Source: the human T2T-CHM13v2.0 reference genome, Homo sapiens
Assembly (NCBI RefSeq): GCF_009914755.1
Contig: NC_060936.1
Direction: 5' to 3' (one strand)
Length of the DNA stretch: 64,000 nt
The notes below the pieces were generated by a model. It was not told where the DNA came from. It ran no database searches and was given only the letters and a program-made list of their open reading frames with translations. Below, in pieces: positions 52,895 to 64,000 of this stretch; the stretch's first letter is position 1, and every line of letters starts with the position of its first letter. Both the position numbers and the translations under genes were made by a program.

Positions 52895-52974
52895 GTCTAG
52901 GGTAAAATATTGATTGTGTCTGTTCTCACTCATCCCATTTTTTTCACTATTCTTTCTTTGAAGGATCAGGCAGG

Positions 52975-54463
52975 AACTGTAGATTCAATACATTACATAA
53001 TGAACTGTAAATTCAGTGCAGATCATAAAGTGAAATTGCAAATCTTGCAAGAAATGTAGGATTTCAGGAAGTCGATGAAAGTGATATTGGCAAATTGCCA
53101 GAACCACAGCAAAACCACTGACCAATGAGGAATTCTCTCAGCTAGGGCACTTAGTGCTGGAAGAAAAGGAAATCGACGAAACTAACAGATGCTTCAAAAT
53201 AAAGTGATCTGAATATCAAAAGAGTAAGAGATGACCTTGAGGAAGTTGATGATGCCTTGAGATATTTTAGCAAAAATGCACTTTTTATGATCATGTTACA
53301 GAAGTCAAATGAGAAGGAAAGGAGATTGCATCCTGCTCTTAATGATCTTTTGGACGAATTAAATGACTACCTTCAACAGTTTATTCTTGCTTTAGTCTAA
53401 GGATTGACCTGTAGTTGCAACTATAATTTACATTTTGGGAAACATAAAACAACGGAGTTATTTGTAAAATTTTTACTTGATTTTTCAAGAAAAATTTCTA
53501 GTCATGCCTTAACTTTTTTGTGGTAAAATACACACAACATAAAATCCATCATATGAAACATTTGAAAGTATATAATTCATTGGCATTTAGAATATTTAAA
53601 ATATTTTGCAACCATCACCACTAATTCCAGAACATTTTCATCAGCCCAAAATAAAATCACACCGTTTAACAGTTACTCTCTGTCCCGCTACCCCCAGCCC
53701 TCGCCAGCCATTAATCTACTTTCTGTACCTGCAAATTTGCCTATTCTGAACATTTACTAGAAATTGTGCAATATGTGGTCTTTTGTGTCTGGCATCTTTC
53801 ACTTTGTATAATATTTTTTTTTTTCAGAGACAGAGTCTTACTCTATTGCCTAGGGTGGCGCGATCTTGGTTCACTGCAATCTCTGCCTCCTGGGTTCAAG
53901 TGATTCTCCTGCCTCAGCCTCCTGAATAGCTGGAATTACAGGCGCCTGCCACCACACATAGCTAATTTTTGTATTTTTAGTAGAGAAGGGGTTTCGCCAT
54001 GTTGGCCAGGCTGGTCTGGAACTCCTGATCTCAGTTGATCCGCCTGCCTCAGCCTCCCAAAGTGCTGGGATTACAGGCGTGAACCACCGTGCCCGGCCTA
54101 ATGTTTTAAGGTTCAACCCCATTGGAGTATGTGTCAGCACTTCATTCCCTTTTATGGCTGGATAATATTTCATTGTATGGATATACCACATTTTTTAATC
54201 CATTCATTTGTTGATAGACATTTGGGTTCATGGACATTTGGGTTGTTTTTGCTCTTTGGCTATGGTGAATAGTGCTGCCATTAACATCCCTGTATGAGTT
54301 TTTGTTTGTACTCCTGTTTCCATTTCTCTTTGGTGTATACCTAGAAGTGGAATTGCCGGGTCATAGGGTAATTCTAGGTTAAAGTCATGTCTTTTTTAAT
54401 CGTGAAAATTCAGTCTCTGTTTTAAGTGGGTCCACTTTAAGTGGACTTCCCAGGGTGCCGACT
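52975..54463 (+). mobile_element. Tigger (pogo-like) DNA transposon relic interrupted by an antisense L1MB (~53512-54385) that itself contains an antisense AluS (53814-54098)
   Basis: Decayed transposase C-terminus EIANLARNVGFQEVDESDIGKL/KPLTNEEFSQL from 53032; AGTCATG(C/T)CTT duplicated around the L1. Confidence 0.75.
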
Positions 54464-55303
54464 GTTTTCTGATATTAAGGACTTCCAGGAGACAGAGAGC
54501 TCTCCTTGACCACTGTGCAGTGCTGAAGCACTCATCCCATTGTCCTCAGGTGGGTGACTGTCTTGTATGAGGCAGGACTTCTTGTGCTTCCTGAGGGATT
54601 GGAGCTGCCCAGGCAGACCCTTCCCTGCCTGTCTTGGGGCAGCACTTCTGAGGGCAGCTGCTCCAAGGGACGCTTAGAGGTGCACTTAGATGTGTTTTAA
54701 GAGGAAGGGCAGAAGAAAAACCCCAACTGAATATCTGATGCCATTTCTTTTAGAAAGCCTTCTTCCTCTCCCTTCCCTGGCCTTTTCTGGCCACTTAAAA
54801 AATTGTTTTCTTGAATCGAAGGCAGATACATGGTAAAACTATGCCAACAGTTTAAAAGGGGTATCTGTTGAAAAGCAGGTTTTCTGTTCCTTCCCTGATC
54901 CCAAGACCACAATACCTAAACATGCAAACACACACACACTTTTTTGCATTCTTTCTTTCCTAACAGAGATCTTCTAAAGAATCTTCTAAAGGGGATTGCT
55001 GTATCCTAGGAGATGTAGACCTTCCTCATCCTTTCTGGTGGAGGTGTGGGATACCACATGCAGTGGTTCAGGTGGAATATGGAGTGGAGGGAGGAGGGCA
55101 CAGACCTGCACACATGTGCACACACATTCACACACCCACAGTGTGGCGAGGTCCAGTTCCCAAATCAATCAGCTGAGGATGAACAAAGTTCTGGTCAAAA
55201 GTGAGGTGGCTGCCCAGGGCAGGGGCAGATGCAGTGATTCATGGTGTAACTTCCCTGGGCTCCCAGAGTATATAGCAGGGTGAGAGGTTACTGGCCACGT
55301 AAG

Positions 55304-55473
55304 CAGGACCAGCCGCACCATTTGTAAGGCCCAGTGAGAAATGAAAATGCAGGTTAGAAAACTGTCAAGAATTTCAAGAGGGCGATAGCAGAGCATTAAG
55401 TCAAGGATAAGGGCTTTCTGAGATCAGGTCCCTGTGTGACAGCACAGGCCACTCACACACGAAGCCAGCCTTG
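55304..55473. mobile_element. MER45A-like hAT-Tip100 MITE
   Basis: ggcccagtgagaaatgaaaatgcagg...aagaatttcaag...gcagagcattaag; degenerate 8-bp TSD CACGTAAG/CACATAGG. Confidence 0.82.
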
Positions 55474-55574
55474 CACATAGGCAAGTTTTGCTAGAGGTGG
55501 GAAGTTCATTTCTGGCTGTGCTATGCCTTTTTTATATTTTGGATTTCCATCATGTTTCTGGAAGAACTTAACTC

Positions 55575-55950
55575 TATCGCAGTGGGCTGACTGCTCTAAC
55601 AAACAACTCCCACATCTCAGTGGTTTAGTCCAATAGAAGTTTGTTTCTTTTCCATGGAACAGTTCAATCAGAGTGTGAGGCAAGCCTTCCACATGGGGAC
55701 TCAGGGTTCTTTCATCTTGCAGCTCACTTACCTCCGCGGGGCTTGCAATTCTGTGCTGGGTCTCTGCATATAGGAAAACAAATTTGCACATTCCCATATA
55801 TGCGCCAGGTCTGGAAGTAGTGCACCTCCTTCTTACTTGCGTTCCATTAATTCAGGCTCAGTCACATGACCACTCCTAGCTGCAAGGGAGGCTGGGAAAT
55901 GTAGTCCACCTGTGGGCCCAGGACAAACAGTATGGTCAAATCACCATCCT
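55575..55950 (-). mobile_element. MaLR LTR (MLT1I/J-like)
   Basis: gtcacatgaccactcctagctgcaagggaggctgggaaatgtagtc. Confidence 0.75.
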
Positions 55951-57073
55951 AGGGGAGCAAGCAGACAGGATCTAGGTTTTCTAGTATAATAATTCTGCTC
56001 TTAGCTTCCTATCAACCTACAAATTCCATTTTACCCTCTGATGGACATTTGCACTATTTCTAGTCTTTGCCTTATGCAAAAAAGAATACCGATAGTGTCC
56101 TTGTGTGTACCTCTTTGTGGGCTAGTTTCAAGTATACCTGTTTGGTTTTCATTTAAATGCAGCAGCAGCATCAACTCCCCATCCATGTAGTAGCTTGCTC
56201 TCAGCTAAGGGTGTCAAATTTGCATACGACAGAGTCACACAGAGTTGTGACAGAGCAAATAAAGGGCCCTGAGTGGGAGTTAGTACCCCAGCTTCCAGCC
56301 CCAGCTCCACCTTGGCCCTGCTACTTACCCTCTTTGTTAAGGGTTTGGAGCTGATAATATTAGTTGACATTTCTTGAGCACTGGCTGTGACACTTTCCTA
56401 CTTGCTACCATCTCTTGAGCAGTGTCCTAAGCTCTATATACACATTCCCACATTTAATCTTCACACAGCAATCCTTCTGAGAAAGGCACTATTGTCTGTC
56501 CCATTTTGTAGATGAGGAAACTGAGGCATAAAAATGGTCAGCAAATGCCTAAGATTTTGTGGTTCTCATGTCTACTTCCTTCCAGACAGGGGAATCGGGA
56601 GAGTCCATTAAGAAGGCCTCACGGGCACAGTGGTAAGAGGTTAGCTTTAGAATTAGGGATAGGCATAGATTCAAATCTGAGCATTGCTGGTTCCCTTGGG
56701 AAAGTCCACTCTTCCTAGGTCCTCAGTTTTCTCATCTGTAAAGTGGGGTAAAATCTACGTGTCAGGGTTTATTGGATCGGTCATTCCTTCATGTATTCAT
56801 TCAGCCAGTGCTATGCCGGCACTGGGGGGAAAATCAATCTCACCAGGTCCCAGATGTCACATTTTAGAGGGAGAGTTCTCTAGGATTAGAGGTGATGCAT
56901 GTTTAACGCCTAGCTGTGCCTAGTGCTTTCTAGGCCCTTGGGGACTGGTGGTTATTATAATAGTGGATAATTACATGTGTCATAAACTGTTAAGTGCTGT
57001 AACGGTGTTAGGTAGCAATAATATTGAAAATTCCATTTTCACTTAAGGATGTTCCCGGTATGTGAGGCAGTGA

Positions 57074-57230
57074 TGAACAAAAGTGCCAGGAGTGAGTGAC
57101 CTCCAGGAGACCAGCTCCTTGGGGTGGGTTCACTCCAAAGTGATTTTTGGCACTGTCTCCCAGCATTGCCCAGTGGGACTGCGGCCCAGTTGCCTGCAGT
57201 GTTCTGTGCCACAGCACTGTCCTGGCTTGA
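57074..57230 (+). repeat. Local duplication of an internal LTR segment (paired with 57825-57991)
   Basis: Shared TGACCTCCAGGAGACCAGCTCC and AGTTGCCTGCAGTGTTCTGTGCCACAGCACTGTCCTGGCTTGA. Confidence 0.9.
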
Positions 57231-57264
57231 AAGGGGACAGCGAGAGCCAGGTTCCATGGGGATT

Positions 57265-57500
57265 TAATACTGGCTGCATTTGTTGAGGTCTTGTGGCAGG
57301 AAGCACTTCACATGTATTAACTCATTTAATCCTCACAAAACCCCACGAGAAAGGCACTTCATTATCCCCATTTTATAGATGGGGAAAATGAGGCACAGAG
57401 AGGTTGAAGAGCTTAGTCAAGGACACACAGCTCCAGGGTGGCAGAGCTGGGATTCAGACCCAGGTGGTCTGGGTCCATAACCTGTCATTTTAATGACTGT
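57265..57500 (-). mobile_element. MIR SINE
   Basis: ctcatttaatcctcacaaaacc...ccccattttatagatggggaaaatgaggcacagagagg. Confidence 0.9.
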
Positions 57501-57639
57501 GCTCTGTGGGCTCTTGTGACTGGATCTGGATACTGGGTAGGGTTGGAAATACCTGCTGGGCAGCAAAGGGCAGACTCCCTTGAGTCCAAGAGGGGTGGGG
57601 TTGCTGGTGCTTTGGAGATCTATTAGGATGGTTCCCTCT

Positions 57640-58136
57640 TGAGCTCAGTGTCTCCCCTCTCTCAGGATCACATAGAATCAGCAGCTTAGGGACCAAGGCA
57701 GATTCAGCATGCTCTCCCTCCCTGCCCTCACCCCCTTGCCATTCTTGTGCAGGTCCAGCATTCCACGATTGACACCTGTGAGTTTCAATGTGGCCATCAG
57801 AGCTGCTCTGGTTGTGTGTAGGGCTGAACAAAAGTACCAGGAATGAATGACCTCCAGGAGACCAGCTCCATGGGGTGGGATAACTCCAAAGTGAATCTCC
57901 ACACTGTGTCCCAGTGTTGCCCAGTGTTGCTCAGCAGGACTGGGCACTAGTTGCCTGCAGTGTTCTGTGCCACAGCACTGTCCTGGCTTGATAACGTACC
58001 CTTTGTTGACTTCTTTTTTCTCTCTTTGCATTTCTCTATTCCTCACACGATGCTTCCTGGAATCATCTCCAAATGAAACACCTGTACTCTAATTATTGTC
58101 TCAGATCTGCTTCTGGGGGATCCCAAATCAAGACAT
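57640..58136 (+). mobile_element. ERVL LTR (LTR16-like)
   Basis: 3' end ttgtctcagatctgcttctgggggatcccaaatcaagaca. Confidence 0.7.
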
Positions 58137-58764
58137 CAAGAGTAGCTGGAATCTGCCACCTCATTAGCAAAGTTCCTGGGAGCCACTGACATGGAAGACC
58201 CCCTGTTTCCGCCTCTCGGTTTCCGAGCCTCAGAAAGATGGACTGTGAGGCCTCAATGAGCTCGGACTGGCCAGAATTCCCTTGGCCTCTGGCTCTTCAC
58301 CCCGCTGCCCTCGTTAGCACCCCGGGGCTCCAGGACCACGTGTGTGTGAACAATTGCAGATGGTAGGCGAGTGAGGAGGGATTTGGCCCTGGGCTCTTGA
58401 TTAATGGAGAGTTGTGGAGGTCAGCACCTCTGGGGTGGGAAGGCAGCAGCAACTCTCTTGGCCCAGAAAAGATCTGGGGGAAGAGTCGAACAATTTGGGT
58501 TTTGATGCTCTCCTGACCTCAGCATTTCTGCCGTGCTTCTGTTTTGACCAGATTGATTGGAAAACACAGGGAGGATAAAACTCAGTTGCTTCTGCCACAG
58601 GGCTGGTGGGCGGAGCTGGACCTGTTCAGGCTTGTTAGGATCAATTCTGTGGTTGGAACGTGTGGGGACATGGTGCATGGAGGGTTGGATCGAATGCTCT
58701 CTGCAGCAGACGTCACTGGTGCCTACCCACAGCGGCCGACCCCCTGTTGGCTGCTAGAATAACA

Positions 58765-59255
58765 TTTTGTTTAGGAGGTGATGGGCCCAGCTCCAGAGAG
58801 GGATCCTGATTGGTCCAAACCGATGTATCAATCACTTCCCTGTTTTCCAGTGATTGGTTTAGAAGTGGCCACGTGACCAGGTGCTAGCCCATGAGATAGA
58901 AGAGCCTGTGTACTGGGGCTTCTTTGACTAATTCTCTCCCTAAGAGAGGAGTGTAGGAGGAGAAAATCTTCTTCTTTTCCCATCTTTCCTGCCTGGATGC
59001 AGACCCTGAGGACCTGACCAACTAGAGCTGCATAGCTATGGTGCCGCGGGCGAGGGAGACCTTGCCAGCACACCGAGGAGGGCAGACAGGGAGCTGGAAG
59101 GAAGCCTGGGTCCCTCATGACGCAATTGAGTCTCTTAAGCAGCCTGGCCACCGCCCACCTCCGAGTTTCTCGTTAAGTAAATAACGCATGTCCTTATGGC
59201 TTAAGCTGCTTTTAGTGGGTTTTTCTGTTATTTCAGCCAAATGCGTGCTGATGGA
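58765..59255 (+). mobile_element. Old MaLR LTR (MLT1L-like)
   Basis: cagtgattggtttagaagtggccacgtgacc; ggaaggaagcctgggtccct; ttaagctgcttttagtgggtttttctgtta. Confidence 0.65.
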
Positions 59256-59484
59256 TAAGGTCACCATTTTCTAGAAGTCTTTCTGGGGAATTCTTTAATA
59301 TTTTAACACTTGATCCAGGACTTGCTTTTGAACTCTCGGCACTTTACTACATTAGAGCATACTTATATTTTGTGCCTGTGATTCAGTCAGTGCGGTGAGT
59401 CCTGGCCTCGAAGGTCCTTACCGTCACTAGGTTCATTCCTCTTCCATTACCTGCCTCTTAGAACACAACGTTTTAATCTGTACT

Positions 59485-60170
59485 AGTTGAAAATCTTGTG
59501 GTTGCCATTAAGAGAAACCCACTGTAACTGGCTAAATACATAAGTAAATTCTATCTACCTACCTGTGCATCAATGTATCTATCTATCTGTCATCTATCAT
59601 TTATCTGTCATCTATCTATAGAAAAATAGTCAAATAATTTATTGACTCAGCACTGAAAAAATCAAGGCACAGATATTCTCGTGTTGCAGCTTCAGGCATA
59701 GCTGAATCCAGGGGCTCAAACAGTAACACTGGGAATGTCCTCTGTGACTCCTGGCTTTGCTGGCTTCTGTTGGCTGTGTTTCTGCACAGGTTTTCCTCAT
59801 GAGATATCAGGATGGCTGCTGATGTTCCCGGCCTTGCACGCTCCCAGTCGCCTAGCTGTGCAATCCCAGTGGAAAGAGAACAGCTATTGCTCGATAGATT
59901 AATCATTCCTCTCATAATTTCGTCTAAAGGGTCTCCCTAAGGGCATGTGCCCATTCCAGAACCACTTATTATTGTGCTCAGGAGGATAGAAAATGCCGGG
60001 GCAGGAGCAGCCTTAGGTCACATGCTGGGGTGGCACCAATCTCCCTGAAGGACAAGGGCCGGGAACAGGGCGGAGGATGGTTCCTCAAAGGAAAGCTGGG
60101 CAAGATGAACAGAAGAAGGAGGACTGGAGCCCGGGCAGGCAAAAACAACAGATGTCTCCTCACAGTCTAA
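59485..60170 (-). mobile_element. Old MaLR LTR (MLT1K-like) with internal (TCTA)n
   Basis: gcttcaggcatagctgaatccaggggctcaaac. Confidence 0.65.
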
Positions 60171-60280
60171 GGTATTTTGGGAGGAGAGGAGACACTGCAG
60201 ATTTCCTCTAGTTTCTTTTTTTAATTGCTGGTTGTAGAAACTTTTGTTAAAAAACCTTACACGTGAGGCTAACATGTTAA

Positions 60281-60876
<596 letters not shown>

Positions 60877-60964
60877 CAACAGTGAAGATAAAGGTGAATC
60901 TCTCTTGGTCTGGTTGTTGGTTCGTGGCCTGTCCATACTGTTGTTTACACCACCTGTCCCTTTG

Positions 60965-61225
60965 GTGAGTTATACTAATTTCCTATGGCTGCCATATCAA
61001 ATTGCCACAAATCTGGTGGCTTAACAAAACAGAAATTTATTATTTTGCGATTCTGGAGGCCAGAATTCAGAAACCAAGTTTTTGGTAGGGCCGTGCTCCC
61101 TCCGGAGGCTCTAGGGGAGGCTCCTTCCTTGCCTCTTCCAGCTCCTGGTGGCTTCTGGCAATCCTTGGCGTACCTTGGTTGCAGTTGCCTCGCTCCTGTC
61201 TCTGCCTCTGTCTTCACGTGGCTGT

Positions 61226-61264
<39 letters not shown>

Positions 61265-61402
61265 CTGTGTCCTGCTCCTCTTCTCATAAGGACCCCAGTC
61301 ATTGAATTTAAGGCCCACCCCAATGCAGTATGACCTCACCTTAACTAATGACATCTGCCAAGGCTGTATTTTCTGGGCGGACATGAGTTTTGAGGTGAAG
61401 GG
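60965..61402 (-). mobile_element. MLT1B/C-like LTR with (GT)n at ~61231-61258
   Basis: ggtggcttaacaaaacagaaatttatt...tctggaggccagaattcag; ttctcataaggacccc. Confidence 0.85.
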
Positions 61403-61824
61403 GCCACTGTTCAACCTACTGCATGAGTGACCTTCTGTGGTCCAAGAAATGTGGGGTTTTTGGACTACATTGAGCTCTAAGAACTGGAACTCCAGAGCTT
61501 ACTTTGGTCCACACAGGAGTATTTGAGCATGTTTGTCTTAATAGAAGCGATGTGAATAATCTGGCACATTTATATTGCCCATGTCCCAGTGGATTTTGAA
61601 ACATATTTTTTAGTGGTGGAACTCTTTTCTCCCCCTAAGAAATATTATGCAGGAACATAGGCTAGAAAACACAGCCGCTCTGATTGGAACCAGGGTAGAA
61701 GCTTGCTAAGGCATATTTTTTAAATTCTAGGATTTCACAGAACAGAGTTTGAAAGCAATTGCTTATACATCTTTTTCTTTAAATTAAAAAAAAAACCCAA
61801 AGGCTTACAATCTTTGTACCGATC

Positions 61825-62260
61825 CCTATTAATACTTTAAAAAAATGCATGTACTTCGTAAAAACAGTTCAAATAGTAAAGTTACAAAATAAAACTTCTT
61901 TTGTGTCCCCCCCCCACCAAAACTCAGTCTTTCACTCTAAAAATACCACCTCTCCATAATTCTAGAAAAATATATGCACAAACCAGTCCATGTATGGGTG
62001 TGTGTGTTTTTTAAAAATCTATGTGAAGGAAGGCACAGTATACATACTTTTTTGCACTTTGATATAAAATAGTTTATATTCTAGAACTTTACACACTTAC
62101 GCATATATAGATCTACCTTACCCTTTGTAATAGCTGTGTAGTGGTCATCGTCTTCATATATTATAATTTATTTTAAAAAATCTCTCCATTGATGGGAGTT
62201 TATGTTGTTTCTAGTTTTTTTCCTCATTATAAACAATGCTGATGTGAACATCTTTGCCTT
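61825..62260 (-). mobile_element. Ancient L1 (L1ME-like) fragment
   Basis: ccattgatgggagtttatgttgtttctag...ataaacaatgctgatgtgaacatc. Confidence 0.65.
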
Positions 62261-63209
62261 TCCTTTGTGTTATCACCATCTCATGGTTCTTTGCTTAGAT
62301 TCTTTTGTTTAATTCTTTTTGGAGCTCTCCAGTAGAGTGTGTCCATTTGAAGAAGATAGAAGTTTGAAAGTGAGGTGGCAGTCCCATATTACAGTCAGTT
62401 GATTTCTTAAATATTCTCTTCTAAGAATATCTTCTTGAAAAAAAATAATTTTTTGCTTTTATCACTTTTCACTTACCTTTTTTTTTTTGAGACAAATATC
62501 TGTAATAGAGAATTCCTGATCATGGAATTTTCCTGATGAATTCCCAGCCAATAAACATCTCCTGATTAGTTGAATTATAAATTGGCATTAGGAGAAAGTC
62601 CTGGGCACAAATATAGAATTGACACCTGCTTGCCAGACAGACAGGGATGTGCTATAAATATTGGGACAGGGTTAAATGTACAAAGTCACATTGTGCATTT
62701 TTTCTCTCTCATAAATGTGTAAGTAGCTCTCATGTTTTTCCTAAGGACCCAAGCTTCAAGCTTGACTTGTTTGGGCAATTAATTAATTGAGGTGTTCAGT
62801 GAAATGGCTATGTTGTTCTTTTCTGTTTTTAGATCTGGCAAAAGTATTATCATGGACTCTTCTAGCTAATAAGAAGATCTTTCTGATGAAAGTTACTTTG
62901 GTATAAAAAGCTCTAGCCTGGAGAAGTTGGGAAAATCATTTTTTTTCCCAAGAGTCTCAACTTCTTAATCTGTGAAATGGGTTGGTTGGATCAGATGGTC
63001 TTCAAGACCTTTCCAGTTCAGTGATTCCATACCACTGTGAGTGTCATTGTGGCCTGTATATGTGTCTCTGATGTCCCTGGCTTGGGGTGTTTGTTTCCCT
63101 AGGTAGGTCAGTGTGTTAATCTTGGCAAAAGGGACTTATCCAGGCCAGGACTAGGATTTTTAACTCACCCCAGTGTCTGAAACAAAGTGGTTACTGGTCC
63201 CTCAACAGT

Positions 63210-63700
63210 CATGTAGAAGTAGGTTTGGATGTGTGTAGCAGAGAAAACCAAAATAATAAGGGATTATACAGGATAGAAGTTAATTTCCATCTCTCACCTC
63301 TAATGTGGTGGCTCCATGATGTCAAAAAGACCCAAGATCCTTCTAGTTTCTGCTCTGCCATCTTTGGCTTGTGACTTCCATCCTCATGGTCACCTCATGG
63401 TTGAAGATGGCTCCCAGAGTTCTGGCCATCATCTCCACCTTCCAGGCAGGCCCTGGAGGAAGCAGATGTCCCAATAGCCATTTTGACTGTTTTTAAGCTG
63501 TCTTCTGAGAAGTCCCACCCCATGCTTTTACTTATATCTCATTGACCAGAAGTCAATGACTCATAGTCAATGGCCACGCTTAGCTGCAGGGAAGGACAGA
63601 AAAAGAAATTTTCAGCTGCCTCAAATAAACTTGGGGTTCCCTTTTTAACAAGAAAGGGGTGGAAGGATGTTGGCATAGGCAATTGAAAATATCTTCTAGG
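63210..63700 (-). mobile_element. MaLR LTR (MLT1J-like)
   Basis: catcctcatggtc...aagatggctcc; acttatatctcattgaccagaa. Confidence 0.7.
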
Positions 63701-64000
63701 ACCAGGATTTGGCCATTTAGTCTGAATCAAAACAGACTTTTCCACTAGTAGGCTTGGGGCTTCTCCCTTTGATTGGGCTCGTGGATGCAGAGCTTCTCAG
63801 CCACTGCTGAATTGATAATGCTTTATGCTAAGGACCCTCTTCCTGGAGCCTGAACCTCCAGGTCAGCGGACTCTCTCTTATTCAACTGCCTCCCCGTAGA
63901 TCCTGGCATGGTGCTGGCCCATAGCAGCCGTTTCATGAGCGCTTGTGGTCTGATCATGGAATTTTTTGCTGATTTTATAGGGGATAGGAATTTCTCTTAC

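Overview
Primate (human-like) genomic DNA, not a microbial region: it is dense in Alu, MIR, L2, L1M, MaLR/ERVL LTR and hAT/Tigger relics. Only one gene piece is supportable: a CpG-island promoter (~15.5-17.6 kb) with a + strand first exon. That exon has a GC-rich 5'UTR with two uORFs and two GGC tracts, then 67 coding nt (MPPPGRAPPLGLLLALTALQCP+G, signal-peptide-like) ending at a phase-1 donor CAG|GTAACG (16848). The first intron runs >47 kb past the window end. From memory the exon architecture resembles TMEM132 first exons, most plausibly TMEM132B; this is unverified. Nearly all ORFs in the supplied track are repeat- or GC-content artefacts. Most notable observations: (1) an ATG-initiated poly-glycine uORF over a GGC tract; (2) a second uORF in frame with the main CDS, separated from it by one TAG; (3) a 22-copy 66-bp minisatellite derived from a MIR SINE, with higher-order structure; (4) a ~930-bp G4-prone VNTR on the sense strand; (5) a CTCF site with the upstream module; (6) an L2-derived RE1-like site; (7) short local duplications and hairpins that look like templated repair scars. 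I found no CRISPR array, structural RNA gene or novel multi-gene system. Repeat subfamily names and boundaries are by-eye estimates.
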